Notes: generated by a model from the letters alone, not told the origin. Numbered from the stretch's first letter, positions 20,120 through 35,200 are shown. The stretch: DNA of 64,000 bases from Eledone cirrhosa (GCA_964016885.1 OZ024760.1:4030001-4094000), one strand, 5' to 3'. Numbers and translations are program-made.

Positions 20120-20415
20120 TAAATAAAAATAAAAATGGCGTAGATATGCAATACAATACAATAGGAGGAAACATAATAGTACCACTGATGATGTTCCAGA
20201 TGTGCAACGAAAGAACTTTGATAGACTATATATATATATATTTATATCTGTATTTTTAACCGCTGGTCAATCAATGATAAACATTGATTGTCAAATAAAT
20301 GAACTATGGAGATATAAAAGATACAGAAGCGAAAACCAACCAAACAGTGAGTGTGTTCTGTTATTATTTCTGGCAATATTACAACAATATGATCCTCCTC
20401 AAGTATAACAATATA
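20120..20415 (+). mobile_element. Solo Penelope pseudo-LTR fragment with hammerhead (20181-20222)
   Basis: Homologous to 31350-31645 (AAAATGGCGTAGA...ACCACTGA[C/T]GATGTT...CAACGAAAGA...CAAGTATAACAATA). A minus-strand copy with an inverted end lies at ~50149-50425. Confidence 0.8.
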
Positions 20416-23400
20416 TATATATATATTTCAAGAATAGACAAGACAAACTCAGAGGTGCAAGAAGACAAAATCTTATTAGTTTCACGCTTATGTTGTTGGA
20501 GTAATGAAAGGATGGGACAAAAGTTCACAATAAAATATGTATTCCCACAACATGTATTGAGTACTCTTTACTTTGTTCATATCACAACTTTCAAACATAA
20601 TATGATATATATATGTGTATACACACACACACACATATATATATATATATCATCATACAAGTCCATGTTCTATGCTTGCAAGTACGCAGGTTAATAACCT
20701 CTCAGATAAGCCAGGAGCTCACATTTTGCTTACATACATTCTTGTGCTCTACTGAGTGCATTTTATAATAGCATCAGCACTAGTGAGGTTGTCATTTCTT
20801 GTGTACCTTTCTATCCTCAACAGGGTACCTTTTCATATGGCTGTAAACTATACTTATTTGTTTCATTCAAAAGAGGTTTATTTAACCCTTTAGCATTTAA
20901 ACCAGCTGTATCTAACCAGAATTCTCTCACCCTTTCTGATGTTAAGGTATTATGCTCATACTGATGTTAACGTATTATTCTCAAAATAAATAGTATCAAA
21001 ATCTCATAGATTCAATATTATGTGAGATAATTAAGATAATTAATTTACCATGAAAATATAATTATAAATATAGAATAATGTAAATGCTAAAGGGTTAAAA
21101 TAATGAAAATTATTATCTATGGTGCTCAGGTGCACTACAACTCATCAAAGGTGTCTGTATAGTACATAGAATAATGTACAAATGTCAGGAAAGTGAATAG
21201 TGTATGAGTCATGATATACGCACAGATACACACACACATTGTAGCAGCTGGCTGTTTTACTGCTATTTCTGCATTTGAGATTCTTACAATTTTTACAAAA
21301 TATTCACACACCCATCGTTCCAAATCATTTCATACCCTATTTATTTGTATTTTATAACAGTTTATATAATGTCAACAATGAGATAAATGGAAGACTTGGA
21401 TGACAAACATGAAATTCCATTTCAAACTATACAAACATATACTATTGAGTTTGTTGAATATCAATAAAAATTAACTATTCTCCACCAGTTTTAATCTGTA
21501 TATACTATCACACAATTGGAATAACGACTAAATGATAGAGTTATGAGTGGGTATATGAGTGGGTATATGTGTGTGAGTGTGTGTATATGTAGGTGTACAT
21601 TTATGTGTGTGAGTGGGAGTATGTGTATGTGTTTAAGGTTGTGAATGCCGTTAACATTGATCTTAACTAAAAAATAATGTTACCTCCACCCCTCTTCACT
21701 AGATATACATAAAAGAATTTATTGGTGTGAAACAAATGAAGTTTGCTTCTTCTGTATTTGTGTAAATATATACACATGTGTGTGTGTAAATATGTAAATC
21801 TATACATATATATATGTGTGTATATATACATTCCAATTTGCTGGTTTACCACTGGGTAGAATTGGTCATTCTGCAATGTTAATCATGTCGTAATATGAGA
21901 AAAGCACTCATGGTGTGGGAACGCAGTGTGTGTGTTTCTGTGTATATATATCATCATCATTTAACATCTATCTTCCACGCTAGCATGAGTTAGACGGGAA
22001 TTGTCGTCCCATTTGAGACAAGATTGGCCGGGTGACTGTGTCTCGCTTGTATAGGACTATCTGGCAGGTTTTCTATGGCTGGATGCCCTTCCTAACACCA
22101 ACCACATTTACAGTGTGGACTGGAGGTTTTTACCGTGTTACCTACATGGCCACATTACAGCGTGGACTGTGTTTTATATATATATATGATGATGATGATA
22201 TGAGGGGACCTCAAAACGTTTGTGGAAAAAGTACATAGCTAAAGATCAATACATGTTCTCGTACTAGCGTGTGATAACATGTTCTAAAATGAACCCTTAA
22301 ATGCATATATATATATATATAATATGTAGATTCCCGAGTTGTGTCGAGGATAGTGGGGGTAACCACAGTTGAAAAAGGTACTCAATAAATTTCTATATAA
22401 AATATATGTGTTAAGTATTTCTGTGGAAAAGGTAAAGGAAAGAGTGCTCTATGTATAGAACAGAGCTATTTAATTATGTAATAAATTATGTTGTTTATTA
22501 CATAATTAAATTAAATATAATAAATGCACACACACACATATATATGTGGGAGATACTTTATTTCACATTGTTCCAGTTCACTGATTTGGGAAAAAAAATG
22601 AGTTGCACCTATTATTCAAAGGGTCAGCCATGTCACATACTGTCATGCTCAGGGACGCGCAGCAATTTTCACGTTCAAATCACGAACAAGCTGTTCTCGT
22701 TGTTCAAACAACAGGAACACTCGTCGTCGGAACCGACGGAAGACCAACACACACATGGACATTTGATCGTACAGTAGAATTCACATCGTCGAAACCAATA
22801 TATGAATCATCATCATTATCGTCATCATCATCATGGTGTGTGTGTGTGTGTGTTTAGTGGAGAGGGGGGAAATACCATTTGTTTATGCGACATTGATTTA
22901 TTTTTACCTTGAGAACCATAACAGCTTGACGTTGTTCACAAGCCGTGTGTGTTTGTTTATCTCTGTGTATGTGCGCGACCGCGTGTGTGTGTGTTTGTAT
23001 GAACGTATGTGTATTTGTATGTATTAAGATAAAGGTAGGTAGAAAGAAATATTCCATCTATATTAATATTCAAACAACGTCTGTCTAACAAGTCAATTCA
23101 TTTTGACATTGAAATGTCGAAATCAAATCCACCTTCCACACTGTTGTCAAAATTAATTTTTACAATTTAAAAATTGTAAAAAAATAACTACGTGAAGTAA
23201 AATGTAAGAAAAAAATAACAAGGGACACGACTCGTTAAAACCCCATTTAAAACGCATTATACAAAGTTACTTCCCTTTTTATTATTTGTTTGTATCTATA
23301 TATAAAGTTGAGTGACTTCCGTCCGTCCTTACGTCACACAATGTGTATTTGTGTGAATGTATGTGTGTGTGTGTAAAAGGAAGGAAGGGGATGGTGAAAA

Positions 23401-24776
23401 AACTATACAAAAACAGCGGCTGGCGTTCTATGGCTGTGTTTGTGCATTTATATTTACATACTTATACATATAAATGTATGCATATGCACATACACACACG
23501 CACATTCACCTCAGCGTTTTGAAAAAATCCTAGTTTTGGTAAAAAATAACAGCACGAGATTATACTAACTGTCTTGTACGTTGTAAACACATCAGTACAC
23601 TCTACTATCAGCTTATAGAACTTTGTTTTCCAGCATCCATCATTAATTTACACCAACACATATATATACTAGAGCAGACAATCTCTCTTACATACATACA
23701 TAGACTGATTGCTTTAATACTCACCTACTCTCTCCATTTCATTACAGCTGCTGTAAATATTCCACCTATAACAATCACTAACATCTATAGGAAGCGCAGT
23801 GCTGTTTTCAGTGAGTGCGGAGCTAATAAAAAGAAGTGCACGCTTGCACACACATGTACATATATATTAAGTTAACCCTTTAGCATTTAAACTGGCCAGA
23901 ATTCTTTCACCTCTTTCTGTTCAAACCAGCCATAATTGACCACTCAAACTGATGTTAAGGTATTCTTCTCAAAATCTCATAGATTCGATGTTACGTGAGA
24001 TATTTATGTGAGGTAAAGCTTTTACCATGAAAATATAATAGTAAATATAGAGTAATGTAAATGCTAAAGGGTTAAAGTTTCTCTCAAGCCTGGAGGCTCA
24101 TTAGGCCAGTACTTATCCCAATCTCCTTGGCATTAAACAACTGGAGCAATAGTAGCCCAACTGTCCAGCATACAGCAGATGTGAGTTTAAGTTCCACAGG
24201 CGATGCTGTTAACTTTTTTCCATCCAGGGAATTTTACACCAAATTTGTTAAGACTATTTTTCATAGTAAAAACAAAAACATCCATTGAAGCTTCTAACAC
24301 TAAATTAATCTATATACTACTAAAACTCTGTGATTGTGTGCTCACCTCTAATTTAATACAGCCAAAACAGCACATAATGGTAAAATACTTTGAAAGGAAG
24401 TTGACCCTGAAATGGGAATACAAATGGAATAAAACAAGTTTCATGTTAATCAAACCATGAGTTCCCGAGATACGATTTTTTTCCGGGTACCTCCATAAAT
24501 AGAGAGAGAGAAAGAAATTGTGGTTGTGAGAGAGTAGATTGAAATTTTTATTTTACATTATATACATCATCATCATTTTATGTCCGCTTTTCCCTGCTTG
24601 CAAGGGTGGGACATATACATGTCTGTACATATTTTAATTATTTATAAATTATTTTTAAGTGACCATGATTTTAAAAAAAATCTTTAAGTGAACGTGACTC
24701 ACACACCCACATATATATATATATATATCATCATCATCATCACCGTTTTACGTCCGTTCTTCCATGCTAGCATGGG

Positions 24777-24813
<37 letters not shown>

Positions 24814-25107
24814 ATTAAAGACAAAGGAAAAAACAATGGTGGGTGGGAGGGTCATGACTAGAACACTTTGAAACAGGACTCACCGAGGGTTAATCAACAA
24901 CAACAACATTTCATGAAAAATATATTTTATTGTAAAAGTTGTAAAAATTTTATCCAAATTTGTTGCATTTCATCATTATTATTATTATTATTTTATGTTC
25001 GTTTATCCTTGTTGGCATGGGTTTGACAGATAATTACAGACATGTCAGGACTTGATCAGTGCTACTGACTTCCTAGATGGGTCAGGGGACCACATCTTGC
25101 TAATTAT

Positions 25108-27929
25108 TTATGTCACAGTGTGAACTTGATTTAAATTTTGACTTGTCTGTTGGCTTCTTATCATGTCTTCTACCATCAATTCAAAGTTTTTAATCTTCAG
25201 TCTTGGATCAACTGGAGGTAATCGAGGGCATCCACATTGCTCTCGGATTTTCTCCGCCTTCAGAGAAATAATGATAGAACACATGAATGATTGATATATT
25301 TATACTATAGTGGTGGTGATGGTGGTGTGAATGGTGGTGATGGTGGGATGTGTGACAACAATGATGATGATTCTAAGAATGGTGAGGGAGGTGGTGGTGG
25401 TGATGGTAGTGGTGGTGGTAGTGGTGATGGTGGGATGTGTGACAACGATGATGATGATGATGATGATGCTAAGAATGGTGAGGGAGATGGAGTTGATGGT
25501 TGTGGTTGCAGTGGTGGGATGTGGTGACAATGAGAATGATGGAGATGGTAGGGTTGATGGTTGTGGTTGCAGTGATGATGGTGGTGGTAGAGGTGGTGGT
25601 GGTAATGATGGTGATGCTGATGATGGTGATGATGATGATGACGGTAATAATGATGATAATGATGATGATGGTGTTAATGTTGATGATGATGCTGATAATG
25701 GTTATGTTGATGATGATGTAAATGATGATGATAATAATGGTTTCAAAGCCAACAATTTTAAGGGAAGGGAAAATCAATTAAATCGACTCCAGTACATTAC
25801 CGGTGCTTTATTTCATCAACCCCATAAGGATGAAAGGCAAAGGTGGGATTTGAACTCAGAACATAGATGAACTTCTATTGGTACAACTTACCTGTGGTAC
25901 CAAATGATCAATCAGCTGACTACGTTGTGAATGGAGGGGGTGTGTTGATAACCAGTGTAGTGTGTTCACACGGTTTAACTTGTCATTTATTTCCATCTGT
26001 TTCCAGAAATTGCTTCCTTCTCTGACATCGTAACAGGCCTGGCAATTAAGTAGAGAGACACGAGAAACGGTGGATGAATAGAAAGGAATAACTATTATCA
26101 AATAGAAAAATAATGCAGGTACACCTCACCCTATGTAGTTAATTGGTTCCAGAAATTAACTTAACCCTTTAGCATTTAAACTGCCGGCCATATCCAGCCA
26201 GAATTCTCTTACTTCTTTTTGTTCAAACTAGTCGTAACCAGCCATTCATACTGGTGTTAGTGTATTGTTTTCAAAATAAATAACCCAAAAATCTCATAAG
26301 TTCGATATTATATGCAGTAAAGCCTTTACTGTGAAAATATATTAGTAAATATGGAGTAATGTAAATGCTAAAGGGTTAAGGTATCATGATTTCTACTTAA
26401 TTTTAGGGAAGGAAAGTTGATTAACCCTTTAGCATTCAAACTGGCCATATCTGGCCAGAATTCTCTCACCTTTTTCTGTTCAAACCAGCCACAACCGGCC
26501 ACTCATACTGATTTTAAGGTATTGTTCTCAAAATAAATAATAACAAAATCTTATGGATCTGATGTGAGAATTATAAGAGATATAGTCTTTACCATGAAAA
26601 TATAGTAGTAAATATAGAGTAACATAAATGTTAAAGGGCTAAATCGACCTCAGAAGGATTAAAGGCAAAGTTAACCTCAGTAGGATATGAACTCAAACCA
26701 TAAAAGGTAGTATACCAACCTTGGCAGCAAATTTTAAACCAACAATATCTGCTTCAGTTTCCAGTTTTCTACTGTAGGGGAGATCAAGCAGAATCTGTAA
26801 AAAAACAGAAGGGAGAATGACAATTTAAATAGAGATTGTTAAAATTTAATTTTCAATTTCCATCATAATTTTATTTAAGAATCATTTAATTACAAATTCC
26901 AGACACCAGTCTAATAATGTTAGTAACCAAATAAATCCCTCCAAATTCTTTATTATATTCAAAATTAATTATAAACCATAGATAACAAGGCTATTGGTTT
27001 CATAAAATGTAACAGATTGGGTTAGAATACACTCACACTATGTATGTATGTGTATTTTTTTTTTGTGGAGTGAGAGACTCCTAGTCTTCATTAAGACATC
27101 TCTCTGGGAGAAGGTCACTCTGATATAAAACCTGCGACTTCTTTTTTATCCAATGATGTAGTCAAGTTCTTCTTTTTGGGCAAATGCATTCTATGTTCAG
27201 AGAGTGAGATTGGCCCCCGTGCAAAGCCTTTCCTCACTTAAAAAAGCTTCAAGCACAGGCATCGCTTGATATGTGACATTTTTAGCGATGCATGGTATTA
27301 CTTGCCATAAGTAAGTCCCTAGCAGGACTAAAAAGCCACGTCTGTGATGCTCATGCTTAAGTATCAAGCGATGGCATTACTCGAAATCGAGTTGCAGCCA
27401 TCATCATCATCATCATCATCATCATCGCTGTCATCATCGTTGTCATTACTATTATTTTTATATCCATTTTCCATGCTGGCATAGGTTGGACATGTGTTTC
27501 ACAGAAGCAGAGACAGTTTAGGAGCAGATTGGTATCAAGAGTGTTAAACAAAACTCATTAAATGTAAAATCTAGTACCTGAACAACTTTCTCATAGAATG
27601 CCTGTGTCACAAGAGCAATCCCATCAAATGGTAAGAATGTCCAAATAGCTGCCATTGCAATTATAACAAAGATGTCGATGATCTGAGCATAACTCACTTT
27701 CTCAGCCTACAATGTAGTGAAAGAAGAAGTAAATATATTTACAGGTTTGTCTTGGGAGGTTATGTATAAACATAGGGGATAGGTTAACTTGAGATAAATA
27801 CGTAGGTTGTAAAGGTGCATTGGTTAGTGGTTAGGGTATTTGGCTCACTATCATTTTTGGTGGAGGTTAAGTTTAAACAGTAGTTAGGGTAACTAGTGAT
27901 TAAATACATACATATATATATATATATAT

Positions 27930-27961
<32 letters not shown>

Positions 27962-28676
27962 TAGGTATTAATTTAACAATGAAAATAATTGTTTCTACAT
28001 TTGGCACAAGACCAGCAATTACCCAGTGCATTACTGGTACTTTATTTTACAATGAAAATAATAACAACAAAGTCGAGTTATTTTACCTATTCATATTGTT
28101 TTACCATCGTTTCAGAGAATTGACAATATTGACATATTGTCTGATCTATAACAGTTATATAACTATATAACTGCATACTGTCAGATCTCATATATAGGTT
28201 CGATCAAACCGTCTTCTTCAGAAACCATATATATATATATATATTCATTGAAGTTGGTGGTTTACCACTGGATAGAATTTTTCATTCTGTGTAGTTAACC
28301 ACGAGGCAATAGTATGAAAAGCACTCAAAGTGACGCAACTCAATCATCATTGGTATGAGATTCTATTAGTCGTGTGTGGACAGAGTTAAACATTATTGAA
28401 TAAAGTGACAGGCCGAAAATTTTTTAATGAATTTCAACTTTCTGGCCTCCTGTTGCTTTATTCAATAATATATATGTGTGTGTATATATATATGTTCAGG
28501 TTGTGAAGGCATGTTGTTTCGTGTTTAGGGTTATTTAGCTTACAATCATAAGGTTGTGAGTTTGATTTCCAGGAGATTATGTATAAACAGTAGATGGGGA
28601 GGGAGATAACTTGTTACACACACACATATATATATATATACACACACACATATATATATATATACATATATATATG

Positions 28677-28708
<32 letters not shown>

Positions 28709-28718
28709 TATATATATA

Positions 28719-28753
<35 letters not shown>

Positions 28754-29106
28754 GTGTATATATATAGGTCTCTATGCACCACCTAAGAGAACATTAGTCT
28801 ACGACCTCTTTTATACCATAAACGTGGTTTTGTCTTTGCGCGTAATTGTTTTTCACCGCTCCTATTAATGACGTATTATTCGTTTTTTCCCGTTCTTTGC
28901 CAGCGAACGTTACCACAAACCAAAGTATCATCTTCCTGTCTTCCTCCGGTTGCAACGTTTTTTGAAATATCCAGTTCTGCGTTTACAGATTGACTTTGTT
29001 AGTTTCAGAAGATCCCATTAAGGGTGAAAGCAGCGATTCTTTGCTTAAACTTTAATCTGTTATTTTAATAAATATATATATATATATATATATGTATGTA
29101 TATATA

Positions 29107-29161
<55 letters not shown>

Positions 29162-31701
29162 TCAACGCTCACATGATGATGTGGACTGACATCCTAAAGC
29201 CAAGCAGACGCACTGCCAACAACTTCCAGGCGTCTAACAATGGCATAGCACCCTTGTATGGGCTCCGCAAAGACCACAAGACAGTCGACGACCCGACAAC
29301 AGGACCACCAACAAGACCCGTATGCGGAGCTAATATAGCTAGTAACTACAGGATCTCCTACTTCCTCTCAATCGTTATACGCCCCATAATCAAGATGTCC
29401 CCAGATGTATGTGACAGTACAGAGGACCTCCTCAGCAGAATCAGTGAGTGCAACAAAAACAGGAACCTATCCAACTGCATAATAGGCAGCATGGATGTGG
29501 TGTCACTGTACCCATCCATTAACATTGATTTTGCTGTGAAAAGATGTGTGGAGATGATCATTGAGAGTGAGGTGGAGTTCTGCGACGTCGACACAGACCA
29601 ACTGGGCCTCCTACTTAGACTTACCTACGACACTGACTACCTAGACAGCCATGACCTTAGACGTTTCTGCCCTAGTAGACCTATAAGAGGTAGACCCCCC
29701 ACCATAACCTCAATGGCAAAAAAGACTCCCATGGGAAGGTGGATTGGGTGGACCAAAGATATACGGACCCCCCAAAACAATGATCAGGTAAGAAAAATGG
29801 TCGCACATGCAATAGGGGCTAGTATCAAAACTACCCTAAAGGGCCACATATTTAAGTTCAACGAGAAGATCTACACCCAAAATGAGGGAGCAGCCATCGG
29901 CGTCAGCATAGCTGGTGATGTTGCCAACCTTTTCATGGTATGGTGGGAAAGGAGACTTAAAGATCTCCTTAATGAGAGCTCCATAGACCTTATCGTGTAC
30001 TCTCATTATGTAGACGATATCAATATAGTTATAAGAACACCCCCACTAGAGAGCACTAACAAGTTTGATTTAGAACATAGCACGATGGAAAGCACCCAGC
30101 AGATAGCTAATTCCATACACCAGAGTATAACTGTAACTATCGACTTCCCTTCCAAACACCCTAACAATAGACTACCTGTATTAGACACAGAACTCTGGAT
30201 TAACACTATAGACGAGAGAGCTCAAATTCTCCACTCACACTATGCTAAACCCATGGCCTCCAAATACCTGATACTCAAAAACTCAGCAATGTCCAGTAGT
30301 GCTAAGTTTAATATTCTGATCGCAGATTTGGTACGAGTGATGAAGAATGTGTCCCGCATGTGCGACCCAACAGAAATGGAAAGACACATCCAACACTTCA
30401 TCAACCACATGCAGTTCTCTGGCTACAACCAAAGAGACAGAGTCAGAGTATACGAAGGAGCCATGGAGAAGTATAAGACCCTCATAGAACTGGACATGAA
30501 AGGAATTTGCCCATTATACAGGAGCAAATCATGGAATAGCTTAGATAGGGCTAGACATAAGATAGGGAAAGCCACCTCATGGTACAACAACCAGAGATAC
30601 AAGAGTGTCATGTTTGTGGATGCTACCCCTGGAGGGAAATTAGCTAACCAGTGTAGAAAGGCCCTGAGAAAGACCCACTTAAAAATAAAGGTGGTAGAAA
30701 AGCCAGGAACCACCATAAAATCCCTGATCAGCAAAACCTACCCTTTTAAGAAAACCCACTGTACCAATAGGAAATGTATCATATGTAAGGTGAACCCCCG
30801 GATAAACTGTAAAACTAAAAACGTAGTCTATAGCATAAGATGTACAGAGGGTACTTGCAGAAACATGACAACAACATACATAGGTGAGACAGCTCGTAGC
30901 ATAGGTGAAAGGGTAGACCAACACTGGGGGGAACTGAAAGGACGAAAAAACGGGTCAGTACTATACGAACATGCTAGACAACATGACGGTAACATAGACA
31001 ACATAGAAATTAGAATAATATCTAAACATAGAAATGACCCAGCAGATAGGCAAATCAGAGAGGCCAGTGAAATAGAAATTAGAAGACCAAGACTAAACAG
31101 AAAGAATGAATGGAATAACAACAACACCCAAACAAACAACAGTGACCTAAGAGAAGTATAAATAAGTAAATAAAATAAAATAAATAAATAAATACATACA
31201 CAAGCACAATAACAACAAGCACATAAACACACACTAGTCACCCATCACACAGCAAACAAAACACTATACACACACGCAAACGCATGCGCAAAGAAGACAA
31301 AATAAAATAAACAAACAAGCAAATAAATAAATAAATATATAGACAGACTGAATAAAAATGGCGTAGACATACAATACAACAGGAGGAAAATATAGCACCA
31401 CTGACGATGTTGCAGATATGCAACGAAAGATTTATGATAAACTATATATATGTGTTTGTGTCTATATTGTATCTGTATTATTTTTGACCGTCGGTCAGTC
31501 AATGGCAACATTGAGGACCGAGTAAGTTAGATTACCGATATAAAAGACACAGAAGCGAGAAGCGAAAACCAACCAAACAGTGAGTGTGTTCTGTTATTAA
31601 TTCTGGCAATATTACACAAATATGACCCTCCCCAAGTATAACAATATTTGTTTCGACACACGATTTCATATAAAAAACCTCGCAAAACTAATTCATCGCC
31701 G

Positions 31702-31773
<72 letters not shown>

Positions 31774-32205
31774 TGGCTTACAATGTTTCTTCCTTACGTA
31801 ACCTTAGGATTCGTCAGAGCTATAAAAGGGGTTTGATTGGTGCTATGGACTCTACCAACCAAACATTCAAGAACAAAGAGTAAAGAGAGTAAAGAGCAAA
31901 AGTAGGGGACGATAAGTCTAATTTTGGTGCGGGAGGGTGGGGTGTGGGTCCTTGTTTACTATTTGTTCTTGAATGTTTGGTTGGTAGAGTCCATAGCACC
32001 AATCAAACCCCTTTTATAGGTCTGACGAATCCTACGGTTACGTAAGGAAGAAACATTGTAAGCCAATAAAAATCTTTTGATGTTGTAGACGCTCTTGTGT
32101 TCTTTATCATATATACGGCTCTGCTCCAAAGCATAGAGCTAATTATTATGCTGCCAACACCTTAATGGGACACGGGTATACAATACCTAACTCCTATTAA
32201 CCTAA

Positions 32206-32246
<41 letters not shown>

Positions 32247-35200
32247 CATACAGGTCGTGGAAGCACATTGCTTACTGGATAGAATATTTAGCTCATGATT
32301 GTAAGGTTGTGAGTTCAATTACTGGTGGCACATTAGGTCCTTGAGCAAGACACTTAATTTCACATTGCTCAAGTACACACAGCTGGTAAAAATGAGTTGT
32401 ACCCGTAATTCAAGAGGCCAGTCTTGCCACACACTATGTTATGCTGCATCTTCTTGAGGAATATGTTAAAGATGTTAGAATTTATATTACACACAGCAAA
32501 AAAAAAGTGTCTGTAGAGGTGTTAGTGGTGGCAAGAGAGGCATTAGTGGTGACTGTAGAGGTGTTAGTGGTGACTGTAGAGGAATTAGTTGTAGAGGTGT
32601 TAGTGGTGAGTGTAGAGGTGTTAGTGGTGAGTGTAGAGGTGTTAGTGGTGAGTGTAGAGGTGTTAGTGGTGAGTGTAGAGGTGTGAGTGTAGAGGTGTTA
32701 GTGGTAACAGTGGAGGTGTTAGTGGTGACAGTGGAGGTGTTAGTGGTGACAGTAGAGGTGTTAGTTGTGACAGTGGAGGTGTTAGTTGTGACAGTGGAGG
32801 TGTTCATGGTGCTGTGGTTAGTGGTCAAAATAGAGGGGAAAACTTACAGAATGTCCCAGAACAACATGAGCCAATTCATGAGCCAGTATAATAGCAAGCT
32901 GGTCGTCATTAGCAACCATATTCAAGAGTCCTTCATGGACATATACATGGCCTGTCTGTAAAATAAAAATAACATTGCACTGATTTCAAAACTAAGCAAT
33001 TTGATATATAGAATAATTGTTTCTACTTTTGACACAAGGCCAGCAATTACCCAGAACATTACTGGTACTTTATTTTATCGACCCCATATGGATGAAAGGC
33101 AAAGTTAACCTCTCATCCATATGGGGTCGATAAAATAAAGTACCAGTAATGTTCTGGGTAATTGCTGGCCTTGTAAATGCTAAAGGGTTAAATGGATAGA
33201 GAGGAATGGAGTTGAAAGTATTGCTGCTTGCTGGTGTTGATGGTAGTTAGAATGGTGTGTAGGAGAATTTTGTTGTTGTTGTTGTTTTTGAAGTCTATGA
33301 CAGTAGTCTAATTAAAGTCTACTTACCGGGAGAACAAATGCATTTGAATCGAGAGAGCTGATGATGGCAACTTTCCATTTTTGATCTTTGAAAACATTAC
33401 GGTTCCTGCGAACAATACGTTCCAAGATTCTTATGACCCGCTGGTAAGAAGGGTGGGTTGCAGGTAAGAATTGTTCTTTGTAAGAACTCTGTTGCTAGAT
33501 TCAGGAATAATAATTAAAAATAACTCTCTTGAGAATGGATTTTTAAATCAGAAAATATTTGAGATCAATAAAATTGCTAAGGTAAAATTCTACCGTCCTC
33601 ACACTTTTCTCTGTCTTTTATTCTCTATAACTCCTATTGCCATGACACCTTTAATCTTGCATGCATTGTAGGGCTTCCAAATATTTCAACTTATTTAAAT
33701 TTGCATTTCTTATTCCACAATGCTTCAAGCAAACTACATTTGTTAACTAAAAATATATTTTTAAATAAAACATTTAAACCTTAAAGACATTTTATTAGAA
33801 TTAAAATATGAAATGTCAGTTATTAGAGTGTCTCAATGTGGATACTCATCGTGTTAGAAATAGCAACTAAATTTCCCTCAAAGCCAGATTAGATGACAGT
33901 GTCTTGCGCATGCAGAACTGATTTTGGGTTGGCTTCACTGAGACTGGAATAAGTTATAGCTATAATTCTTCTTCACCCACTTATTCCTGAGAGGGTATGG
34001 GGGGGGGGGGGGCAGAGTCCTCAAATACTCCTTCCAGCTGGTCCTGTCAGAAGCAACCATCTCTAGCTGACCAGGCTGGATCCCCAAGCAAGACCAGCCA
34101 AGCTCATGGATGTTATCCAACCATCTTGCTCAGGGTCTAATCCTGGGTCCTTTGCCAGTTGGTTTTGCCCGTAAAATCTGTCCAGTGATTCTTTCTTGAG
34201 ACATTCTAACCACATGAACATAGTATTGGAGCTGTGACCTCTCAATTCAGAGAAGTAGCAACTTTACCTTGAGTGATTCTCTGATCTCTGAGCTACGCAC
34301 TCTATTGAGTGAGAATTAAAATATACTATATCGTGGACATGCTCACAAAGTCAGAAAACAGTACAGCTCCCATGACTTTCGGAAACATTTTTTCATGCTC
34401 AGAGTTGTTGAAGCATGGGACAAACTACTTACATCAGTTGTTAGCTTTCAGGACACTGCATCCTTTAAAACTTCCATACTTCCTGAAATTCGCCAACACT
34501 ACACCTGATATCCCCCCTCCATACACACACACACACATGTATATCATGACTCATACACTGTTCACTTTCCTGACATTATTCTATGTACTATACATACACC
34601 CTTGATGAGTTGTAGTGCACCTGAGCACTATACACAATAATTTTCACTATTATCACTATTATTATTAGAAATATGTTACCAGTTTTGCTTCAAAATTGGC
34701 AATCTTCATGAACTGATCCTCAGTGAAGGCAATAAACCGAAGCCTTTTCGTAACAGGCGTTTCCTGAAGATGAGCGGAGTAATATGTGATGAATACTAGG
34801 ACACCAACCCCAGCAGCAAGCAGGTACCTCTGCCATGCACTGAAGATCTCTGTTTTCACTTGCTTCTTCTTGTGGTGAGGCAAAGATCTCCACCACAGTC
34901 GCAGCCTCCTGAAATGACAAGAATTATTCCATTATGATGGTGGCATAGAGGGGCGAGGAGCGAGGGAGGAGTTGTTATGGTGATGGTATACAATATAGAG
35001 TATAAAGTATAGGATAGGTGCACTGGTGATGATTTATGTTGTTGTGATGATGGTAATGGTGATAGTGGCAGCTGGGCAGTAGTGGTGGAACATACAGTGC
35101 AGTTGAACCAAGTTCCACATAAAAAGAGGCCAACAATAATCGAAAAAATATAAAAATGATATACTATAGATGTGTGTGTGTATATATAAGATGGCAAATT

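Larger units (their letters stand above)
29160..31702 (+). mobile_element. Penelope-like retrotransposon, 5'-truncated (RT + C-terminal GIY-YIG), with 3' pseudo-LTR
   Basis: Uninterrupted ORF to 31161 with [38 protein letters not shown], a Cys-rich linker and VVYSIRC...YIGET..R...H. pLTR hammerhead at 31397-31438. Flanked by (TA)n and antisense in an OMA1 intron. Confidence 0.95.

Noticed and set aside
29092-31702. Selenocysteine-type Penelope (in-frame UGA plus SECIS)
   Set aside because: The ORF has no in-frame TGA and ends in TAA. No SECIS was recognised.
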